Assembly (NCBI RefSeq): GCF_964355755.1
Contig: NC_092670.1
Location: forward strand, 21,438,795 to 21,502,794
Reading direction: 5' to 3'
DNA: 64,000 nt
Source: Antedon mediterranea
Lineage: Eukaryota > Animalia > Echinodermata
Shown here: positions 29,601 to 39,776 of the stretch, one piece after another
Layout of the letters: every line of letters begins with the position of its first letter
Numbering within the stretch: position 1 is the stretch's first letter
Made by a program: the position numbers and the translations under genes
The notes under the pieces: generated by a model
What the model saw: the letters and a program-made list of their open reading frames with translations, nothing else
What the model was told of the DNA's origin: nothing
The model's database searches: none

Positions 29601-32600
29601 TGATAGTGTGTAGACAGAGCTTTAGGCGAGGTTACCCAGTATACATTTCATACTGTAGCTTATGATACACTCAATAACCTCCCCACGAATTGTCTATGTA
29701 CTGAAAATAGAAAAGACAAAATAATGTGTTCAAAGCATTTTAAAATCATTCTTTCTTTGTCTTTGATTTTATTACAGTAGGTTAATTCTTATACCCACTA
29801 GTACCAGTAGCATTTACAAACTGTAGGCGTTTTAATTACTACTCCTTTATAAAAGGTCACTGTTTTTGCATATCCATATAAAAAAGAAAAAATAGCACTG
29901 TGGTTTTATGGTTGATACATTCTGGGAAAATGTAAGATTTCAACAAGAGAACAAAGTAGAAACACTACAAAATTGAGTATGAACATATGCCATATTGTGA
30001 AGTTTTAATACATTTGTGATTTCATAATCTTTTTCAATTCGGTTCAATGACATTTATTTTGACCAAAATCTAATATGTACATTTACAAGACAACAGCAAA
30101 ATTTAAAAAGTATGATTTGGTCGAGGTACTACTACATCAACACAGTTACAAGTTTACCACTGACCCCTCTCCTCATAGACACTACAAATTAAAGATTTAC
30201 ATGGCGTACAATTTTACACATGTTCAATGTGCATCTTGTTTTTATAAAATACTTGTACATAAACACAGTTACAAGTTTACCACTGACCCCTCTCCTCATA
30301 GACACTACAAATTAAAGATTTACATGGCGTACAATTTTACACATGTTCAATGTGCATCTTGTTTTTATAAAATACTTGTACATAAACACAGTTACAAGTT
30401 TACCACTGACCCCTCTCCTCATAGACACTACAAATTAAAGATTTACATGACGTACAATTTTACACATGTTCAATGTGCATCTTGTTTTTATAAAATACTT
30501 GTACATAAACACAGTTACAAGTTTACCACTGACCCCTCTCCTCATAGACACTACAAATTAAAGATTTACATGGCGTACAATTTTACACATGTTCAATGTG
30601 CATCTTGTTTTTATAAAACACTTGTATATAAACACAGTTACAAGTTTACCACTGACCCCTCTCCTCATAGACACTACAAATTAAAGATTTACATGGCGTA
30701 CAATTTTACACATGTTCAATGTGCATCTTGTTTTATAAAATATTTGTATATAAACACAGTTACAAGTTTACCACTGACCCCTCTCCTCATAGACACTACA
30801 AATTAAAGGTTTACATAACGTACAATTTTACACATGTTCAATGTGCATCTTGTTTTTATAAAATACTTGTATTTCCTTGATGGGTTGCGGACAAATATGT
30901 GTTACAACATCTTGACTGATTTTTCTCAAACAAATAAATGAAACCAGTTATCTTATTTTGTTCTTACAGATTAGCAGAATTGAATATATCCACTCTAAAA
31001 ACTTCATCCATCGAGATGTCAAGCCAGACAACTTTCTGATGGGCCTAGGAAAGAAGGGCAATCTAGTATATATTATAGACTTTGGTCTGGCTAAGAAATA
31101 TCGAGATTCTCGCACACACCAGCACATACCCTATAGGGAAAATAAAAATCTCACAGGCACAGCACGGTATGCTAGTATAAATACGCATTTAGGAATAGGT
31201 GAGCTTATGTTTCCTTTATCTTATATACTGACTCTGGAGAAAGCTTGGCATTTCGTGCCTAGCTTACTTCTTACCTAAATAAACCAACAATAGCCTTTTC
31301 TCCTCAAAGAGTGAGATATAACTTGAAAAGTAGACATTTTAATTGAATACCCCCTCCACAAATGTTATAGTCCATGAACTATGCCCTCAGGTGGGAACCT
31401 CCCCACAAATCACCATCATCGTTTTTCACTCTGGTGAAAGCCCTGCTCTTTGAATATTAAAGTGAAACATTTGTTAATACCAAAATAAAGTATTGATAGT
31501 CCATATACAGGTTTCACACTAAATAAATTATCTTTGTATGTAAATTGAATGATGATTAAAATGTATTAATGTAATTAATACATATATGTACTGTAGCTCC
31601 TTATTAAATTTTTTTTTTTTCAGAACAAAGTCGGAGAGATGACTTAGAATCCCTAGGTTATATGCTAATGTACTTCAACCTAGGGAGCTTGCCATGGCAA
31701 GGTTTAAAGGCTGCCACTAAACGTCAAAAATATGAGAAAATCAGTGAAAAGAAGATGTCCACACCCATTGAAACGCTCTGTAAAGGCTATCCTTGTAAGT
31801 ATAGTGTTGATTGAGGCTTGCCTTCTTTACGTTATACATTTCATTATCAATGTATATACATTATTATCATCTAACATACATATTATGTAAGATGTTGTTG
31901 ACTTACATACTGCAGTACATTTCTGTACTGCAGTAATTAGAATGTTACATACTACTAACTCAATGCATTAACCATCTGCTTTTTTCTCAGATTTCTTCTC
32001 TTTCCATTCAGCTTTTTATTTCATTCTTCATTACCATAGATTGCACATTCTCCACACGAGTGAGTGTCTTCTCCATTGCAGTGTCTTTGTGTTCAGCTGT
32101 GAACCCGCTTTCTTCTTTGGCAAAACGTTATGGTTTTCCTTTAAAATAATCTCCACCCTTCTTTTCTGTTTTTTTCTTTTACAGCGGAGTTTTCAACGTA
32201 CCTTAATTACACGCGGTCCCTCAGATTCGACGAAAAACCCGACTATTCATATCTACGACAATTATTCCGGAACCTGTTCCATAGACAGGGTTTCACTTAC
32301 GATTATGTCTTTGACTGGAATATGCTGAAATTTGTAAGTACCTCATCCGCCCCTTTCGTTGATTCATTTGTGCACTTTAACGACACTGCGCTATTTTTAT
32401 ATGTTCCGCATCCACAGCTGAATTTACCACCTTCCTAAACAACTGTCGTTCCTTGCGCTTCGAAGATAAACCCGACTTCTCCTATCTCAGACAACTGTTC
32501 AGAAACCTCTTCCATAGACAAGGATTTACCTACGACTATATGTTTGATTGGGCTATGCATAAATTTGTAAGTATATACCCATTCAGCCCGTCCACTACCA

Positions 32601-35600
32601 ATCATGCTATGGTTTGAATAATTGTATTAGGGGTGCGATTATACCTAATATTGTCATGATAATGTGTTCATGCCCTCTAAAGTTATTTTCAATAGTCCAC
32701 TGAGCTAGTTTTAGTAAACTAATTGTTTTCAGTGCTTGTTATGATTTGAACTGAGACTTTACTCTAATCAAGTATATCAACCATTAATTAGAAATGGGAA
32801 GGATGGAATGTAGTTTCAAATACTATTTAATGTTAACAATGCATTTTATTTTTATACTACATTGTATGTCACGGTTTTGATATGTTTAATAAACCAAAGA
32901 GTATATCAGACTTTAATACTATATCTTTGCTCTTGCAGGGTGGCCGTCCTAACGATGACAGCAGTAGAGAGGTACGTGATCGTGATGGTAGACACCATCC
33001 TAGGAGTTCAACAACGAGGGCGCTGATGGGCACGGCAACTGGACGCGCCAATGCCCAAGCGGGTGGTGCTTCCAATGCTGCAAACGCCATGCAAGGTTTG
33101 CCTGTTTTAAAATTCTTTTTACTATATATCTGCCTACCCTCTCAATTCTTGGGTTTTGGTTCTATTCAATTATTTTTACTACCGTATTTTCCGGAGTATA
33201 GGTCGAGACTTTGTGGGAAAATTTTAATTGCAAAATCGGGGGGTCGACTTATACTCCGACCATGCGATTTTTGAAAAAAATCAGGCCGAAAAAATATGTT
33301 CAAAAGCCGTCAGCTGTCAAGGCCCAGCAAGGTCAGTGGCCTATCATCAATCACTCACAGAAGTTTTCAATTTAATACCTACATTGTACAAAATAATACA
33401 ACTCCAACAAGTACTGGTCAATAAAATATTAATATATCACAATGACTCATTTTGATGTTAATATTACGCTTTTAAGATAATTAAGAATAAATAGTTTTCT
33501 TTATGCTTCTTATTCACTCTCGCGAAAACATCGTAACACACACCACAGACGTCGGAATGTCCATGCAGCATGTTTGTTATTGCGCGATATTTTCATTTAT
33601 ACACATGCGCAGTTTGTTTGTTTGTTCGTAATTACAATTACTGCGCATGTCTATTCATAAAATAAATTCTCCTTAGTCGGGCGCGTGTACATTTACAGAT
33701 AACGCGATTTACAACTACTCGCCTGTACATTAATAAGCCTCCTAACGGAAAACTCGTTTTAATTTATTCGAGTGACGCGAAAAACATCGCTGATGGCAAG
33801 TAACGCTACATCGCTGTCATTTATTATAGGCTGGTGAAGACGGCGGCGAAGTCGTCGTCATTACGTCCGTCCGATATTGATTAGGCCTACACTTTAATAA
33901 TACAGTATAAACAAATAACCACATTTCATACATTTCTAGCCCTCTTTGAACTTTAAAGTAAGTTGTGTTATTAGCCGATTTTGGGGGTCGACTTATATTC
34001 AGGTCATACCAAAATCAACGATATTCTAGGCCAAAGTTGGGGGTCGACTTATACTTGGGGTCGACCTATACTCCGGAAAATATGGTACTGGTGTGTTTTT
34101 TACAGGTAAGTACAGTACAGACATTTTGGCAAAGTAAAGCACACTATAAATCTGTACATTTTTGGCTTAGAATAGAAAGAATATCAAAATATTACTAGTC
34201 TATGAAAAACAGCTTGTCCTTCATTCTTACTAGATATTAGTCTAGTTTTCATGCTTGTTTATATATCCAGAGGGCGACAACATGCCGTTTAAAAAATAAG
34301 GAATAAAATAAAAATCAACCTGTCAACTATGAAGTTTGACCTATTGACCTCTCATTATCTATGTTTTTCTTTCATACTTTAATGATATTTTTGCCTATCC
34401 TTTTTTAGCCTATAATAAATCGCATACTACCACAAGAGCTAGCAAAAGTAATACCACTGGTTTAGAAGCAGGAGGGGGTAGACATTTAGGCCCTAGGAGA
34501 TCTGGCAGATTGGATCGTTTTTAAGCTCAACAATAGCAAGATTTAGACAATTGTAGCATCAAGGTGTCGGCAAGAATAGGACAGTTGTAGGCTCAATATT
34601 CCAGGCAAAATAGGCCAGTTGTAGGCTCAGGATACCAGGCAAAATAGGACAGTTGTAGGCTCACAATACCAGGCAGATAGACAAGTTATAGGCTCAAGAA
34701 CCAGTCTGTGTAATCTACCGGAATAGAGATGTTCTAGCCACAATGAATGTTCGATTTCGGCCAGCATAGGAGGTCTCAACTTGGGTAGACCAGGTTTTAG
34801 TTGAGCCAGTATAGAGCAGTTTTATGTAAACAACCTTAACCAGTATAGAACTGCAGTTTGCATTCTATATTTTGTTTTAATGCTATATATTATTTAAATT
34901 TAAAATATTTAAATATATTATTTGTTTAGCCATTATTTATAAATTGTGAATGTAAGTTTTAGAATGATGTTTTTTGGGATTTTGTAAATAAAATACTTAA
35001 AATTGATACTGTATTTACAAAATTGTACAGTATATAACAATTAACTGTATACTAGCTATAATAAATTATTAATAAAACAGTATTTATATTATAATTATTT
35101 AAAATTATCCCAAGTTAATAGTTTCTTGGGCGGTAACATTTTTATCTCGCCAACATAAAATGTATCTTGTCTAATTTGATGTTTTGTTTAAAAAATAAAT
35201 TAGATTTTCTTATATGATGAGTGTTATTTGATCTAACATAATTAGAAAATGTCCTTGGTTCATTAGTTCAAAATGCAAATTAAATCATGAATATTCATGA
35301 CCATTGTGTGACAGCTTCATAAATGAGTACTACAGCATTACCAATTGTATTATTCCATGGTCATACACAAACAGTACTGTAGTTTGCAATTATTAGTGTT
35401 CGCTAGACTGTGACAGTCGAGTAAAGACACTGTTTTATAATCTAAATTATATCCACTACCAAACCTAATTAACATATTGGATACGCTCAAGTAATCAGGA
35501 CATTGTACCCTGGTTTGTTAAGCCATCTTTCAGTGAATACATAATATGAATTTCATTTTAAAGGGTTTACTGCACAACAAGGATATTTGTATGTGTTTGC

Positions 35601-36288
35601 ATTAAGTAGATCTCAATCCTTCATTAGAGCTTTACTCCATGATTAGAGCCTATATATAGCACATATATAGCACCATATAATAGTTGATTATTTAATTAAT
35701 TTTATGTATGTTAGAAAACTGAAGACTACTATATTTAAATGTGAATAATTTTATTTTAGTTCTTGCTACATTATATATTATTTGTAGTTTGTATTGTTTT
35801 TTTGTGTGTTCTATTTGTCTGCCAAAAAATAATGCTAGGTAGGCACACAATGCATTAAACTACATTAGTTATTTTAGGCCCTGGTAAAATTAGCTGTGTC
35901 TATACTAGTCTGTTGGGGCTGTTATCACGTTTTAATTTTGACCTCATTGTGAAATAATCAAATTTATTTTGGCATACATGTTTAAGTAGTAAACAATGTT
36001 GGTTGTGTAGAGTTTTTGTCATATTTCTTTGCTATTTTTTTCCTAGGAACTTCACCACGGCCAATATCAAGAGCAGAGGCACAAAGGTCAGTCAGTAGAC
36101 GGCTGCATAGAGGCCAAGCAAGTGCCCAACTAGGAGGCAGTGCTGACCCTATGCGGCGTGAAGGAACCAGGCTAACAACGCCTTACTCTGCAATGAATGG
36201 TGCCGCCAATCCTCCGCTTCGACCTGCAGACCTTCCACGAGAAGATGGCACATCAAGAACTGCTTCGTCACGTTATCTCCGAAAATGA
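14685..36288 (+). CDS. CSNK1D: Casein kinase I delta/epsilon orthologue, 427 aa (8 coding exons, exon 6 duplicated)
   Basis: Exons 14685-14760, 17180-17290, 24020-24168, 30970-31198, 31624-31794, [32185-32333 or 32418-32566], 32939-33095, 36047-36288 give 1284 nt in frame. Motifs [58 protein letters not shown], followed by an Arg/Ser-rich tail. Delta versus epsilon cannot be distinguished in a pre-duplication gene. Confidence 0.96.
18134..18731. mobile_element. Kolobok-like MITE
   Basis: TTAA|agacactgga ... tctagtgtct|TTAA. Confidence 0.6.
20058..20187. mobile_element. MITE family A copy
   Basis: agctctgtctacaatatcaaa ... tttgatagtgtagaca. Confidence 0.75.
21461..22813. mobile_element. Non-autonomous TA-flanked DNA transposon (Tc1/mariner-type ends), 1.35 kb
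   Basis: TA|cagtacagaaagaaa ... tttctttctgtactg|TA. Subterminal cctacg/cgtagg motifs and an internal tandem of 21-bp gaacaatacatcgtagg units at 22620-22750. No transposase ORF. Confidence 0.8.
24478..24740 (-). mobile_element. Second copy of the retroelement 3' fragment seen at 12963
   Basis: tttatttatttattc...tgatttccaaagtggttcagta. Confidence 0.55.
26048..26895. mobile_element. pogo/Tigger-like MITE
   Basis: TA|ccgtatatttcggtgtataagtcgcac ... gtgcgacttatacaccgaaatatacgg|TA is a perfect TIR. Internal repeats of tataagacgcac. Confidence 0.9.
28077..29159. mobile_element. hAT-like non-autonomous element
   Basis: TIR caggcctcgaattt ... aaattcgaggcctg; duplicated flank caagca(ca) on both sides; subterminal ccaaggcca repeats. 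Confidence 0.8.
29504..29622. mobile_element. MITE family A copy
   Basis: aagctctgtttacactatcaaa ... tgatagtgtgtagacagagctt. Confidence 0.8.
30139..30870. repeat. 123-bp tandem repeat, about 6 copies, in CK1 intron 3
   Basis: Unit acacagttacaagtttaccactgacccctctcctcatagacactac...; appears as a 41-aa periodicity in ORF 30075-30806. Confidence 0.95.
32185..32333 (+). CDS. CSNK1D: CK1 exon 6A (canonical copy)
   Basis: ttttacag|CG...TTT|gtaagt, 149 nt; [50 protein letters not shown]. Confidence 0.93.
32418..32566 (+). CDS. CSNK1D: CK1 exon 6B (duplicated alternative copy)
   Basis: ccacag|CT...TTT|gtaagt, 149 nt, same phases as 6A; [50 protein letters not shown]. Confidence 0.88.
33182..34085. 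mobile_element. pogo/Tigger-like MITE
   Basis: TA|ccgtattttccggagtataggtcga ... tcgacctatactccggaaaatatgg|TA; internal ggggtcgacttata repeats. Confidence 0.9.
34409..34524 (+). CDS. Candidate alternative CK1 C-terminal exon
   Basis: Long pyrimidine tract plus ttttttag. In phase with exon 7, it reads (A)[43 protein letters not shown] signals follow near 34988 and 35071. Confidence 0.4.
34540..34700. repeat. Degenerate ~33-bp tandem repeat
   Basis: Recurrent ccaggcaaaataggacagttgtaggctca, 4-5 copies. Confidence 0.65.
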
Positions 36289-39200
36289 CTAGATAAATAT
36301 CAGATATCACCAACTTCAAAAACTATTTTGCGGGAGTAATCATTGTACGGATGATGAAAAACGTATCAACCAATCCGATTCAAGCAGACTTATGGCTGTG
36401 TTTTATATCCTTGCCTTCTATAACGCTTCCTGCTATTGGTTGAATATTTTTCATCTGCAATGAATTAAACCAATTGGTTTGAGAATGAACTTCAGAGAAT
36501 GCCTGAAGCTGCCATGCAATATTAAAGGACATCTTTTATTGGTTGAGATGGATCTCCAGGTTACCCATCATCTGACATGCCTGTTTGTGTTTTAGCAGCA
36601 AGGTGTACTTGAATGGTATGAATTTGAGACCCTGGATGACATCTTGAAGGAGGATAAGTGAATGAAAATTGAATGTTGTGTATACTAAAAACATTGCAAT
36701 GTAACAAGTTAAATGAATATTTTAAATATTCAACTGACGTTACTACAAATTGTATAGCTCTTTCTGTAGCAATGGCTGCAATACACATTGTACGATAGCA
36801 GTTACAGTAGTTACAAAAGATCGACCGCTATAACCATGTTGTTTACATTACAAGTTCTGCAGTAACTGCAGTAGACATTCTCCTCCTATATTGATTAAAT
36901 AACCAGACTTTATATAGCGAGATTGTGTATAATACTGCTTTAATAAACAACATTAATTAATAATAAAATCTCGTCTAATAACAATTTTATCCGGTCTTTA
37001 TAACATTTACCTACTCAGTTTGTATGGTATGAACATTATCTTTACATTCTCATTTGTTTCCTTTCTTAAACTTTTTTAATTAATAAATTTAATTTTCTTT
37101 CAACGAAACTAAATTTGCATGAGTCCTGTTGGTCGATTGCCATGTTTTACAGAGTGTTTTCGGCACTTTAGTAACCGGGGTTTGGAAAATGAGATGATAA
37201 AAAAACAATAAAAATATTTAATACAAATCATAAAAAATAAATTTGGATAGTTGTTAAAATTGTTTCAAGCCTAAATATAAAAGCCGATAATAATGGTTTC
37301 AGGGGACTAAGCCACCTTGAACAGCTCATTAGGATTATCCAAATGGTTTATGATAGTAGAGAATTTGGGGGTCTTCATACCTTGGCCTTGTTGACACAGG
37401 CACACTTTTGGTCCTAAATAGCCAGCATGGAAAATCGCTGTTTTAATGGTACTGTATTCCATTCATTCTACATGAATACACACTGCTCAATCATGGATCT
37501 ATAATGGCTCAATCTATCTATCCTCATAATATGTGCAATTTGTTTAAATGAATTGGTAGATACCATTATTATTACCCATTGTAAATTAATTCACCGGTGC
37601 AATGGTGTTCAAACCCCCTTCTAATAATGGTATAGCCAAATATCACAATTTCAATTGATGCAAACCAGGATTTACATTGATTTATTTTGTACCAATTTTG
37701 TATCGTTTTTTGCCCTATAAATTTCAATCAAATATTTAAAATGTGACATTTCTCCCTTAAAACGAATCCAAGCCGGTACTAATTGAGTTTTCATTTGAAT
37801 GTAATTTTACAGTATTGCAACTTGTGTTCCATCTAAGACAACAATTTAGATATTGTTGTGTCTGGTTTCATATCTTTTTTTTTAGTACCATGCAACCACG
37901 TAGATACAATTATGAGGGGCTATTTTTTACATTTTTGTTGTTGCAATTGAATTGGTTTAAAAAACCCCACCAAATTTAGATGATGATGATGATGAATAAT
38001 GTTCATTTGAACAGACACTTGATAGGTTAATCTATGCCAGGCTCTGATTGGTAAATGTTGCGAGCTCTGTGGCCATTGCAAGTTAAAACAAAATGGAGGC
38101 TGATATCAAGCACACATGGTTCATACAACACCTGTGCATTATTTCCTACTAAAAGCCTTAATAGAAATTTGATTGTTGCACACATTTGTTTACTTACATA
38201 ACGTATAATCAATAGTGGAAATGTACTATGTGTTATGTTACACATTTTGTGAACAATATTTTATAGAAACTCATATGAATGTTATTTTTTAATGTTATTT
38301 ATTATCGATATTACTGTTTGTATTGTTATGACTGCTGTCAAAGATTTATTATTATTTTTGATTCATAAATTTATCATTGAAATATGCTGGCATCTGAAAA
38401 TAAACAGTTGCTTAGCTACTGAGTAGTTGACCCCTAGCCCCTGAGTGATGACTCTAATAATGACCTCTGACCTTTCTTCTCCTTTCCCAAGCTGAATGTA
38501 GGCGCAATCTGGATACGTTTGTAAGAATAAACTTGTATATAGCGTCAATCAGAAATTAGTGGGTGGGAAAAAGATGGGAGAAGTTAGCTTCTATTACAAT
38601 AGAAATATTTAAAAATACAGTATATACAATAAAAAAAGGGTGTGGTAGAACTGAATTGTGATATCACGTGTTGCCAGATAATTTCTATCTGATTATCTTT
38701 TTTATCCGTTATTCTTTCCACCAATATCCTTTGCATTTCAGCCTATGTACAGTGAGTAAATATGTTTTTAGGCTTGGTAGTTGCTGGCAGAAGAACATCT
38801 GTCTAGTATTTTAATCAAGTTTCCTGGGTGAGATTGAATGTTGTAGTAGATGTGTCGAAGGAATTTCAAATGAGTTGGGTTGCCTAGTTGCTTCGAAGGC
38901 AGAAATTTTAAATATCTACGCAACTAATTAGACATTTTTAACTGGTTGCAACGGAAAATAATTGCTACTTCAGGCGCTAGAATGACATCTGTACAATGCA
39001 TTGGGTAATCAGATTGAGGTTAACTATTAAAGTCTGTATTAGTTGCAATAAAAAATGAATTGACAAGATTGGGCGCTAGAATAATCTTATGCCATGCTTT
39101 GGATGATAGTGTAAACATATCCTTTAGTGGTACAGTAGTGTTCTGATCTTTGAAATGGTCGTCAAGGCTGAGAGGTCTTTAAACCAAATTAACGGGATAA

Positions 39201-39776
39201 TAATATTGTTTATTTGTAATCAAATTTGCATATATTGTATATCAATTATTATTATTATTTGTCATTAAATTGCATGTACAGCAACTGTATATCGATTCAT
39301 TTATAGTTTCTTAGAGAAATTGCTAGATTTATTCGTTTTTTTTTATCCCGTTAATTTGGTTTGAAGAAACTGTTGTAATATTCTTTGTATTTTACTGTGA
39401 TTATGTAGTAAAACGTGTGTTTGTTGCTATAAGTGTCAAATAAACTTGTACAGAAAGAGAACATAAAATGGCGTCCGTTTGTGTATTATTTCGGTCAAAC
39501 TACTATAAAAAAACACTTTTTCATTCATTTGTGTATTCATTTACTGTACTTGAATTGAACACACTGGCTCACACAATAAGATATTTATTGAGACTGTCTT
39601 GGTCTGAACCAGAAGACCTTTTGTATTTGTATATTTATTACAGGCAAGTGACCACGGCGGAAAAGAAATCTGAACTTCTGACTAATTCATATTTAGTTAT
39701 TTCTTGTAAGCAATAATCTCTGCCACATTTTCTTGTTCATTTGTTTTTATGGTTGTTAATGTTCATTTGCATTTTC

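Noticed and set aside
30075-30806. 243-aa ORF with 41-aa Cys/His repeats
   Set aside because: A by-product of a 123-bp intronic tandem repeat whose unit length is a multiple of 3. The frame breaks in later copies and there is no splice support.
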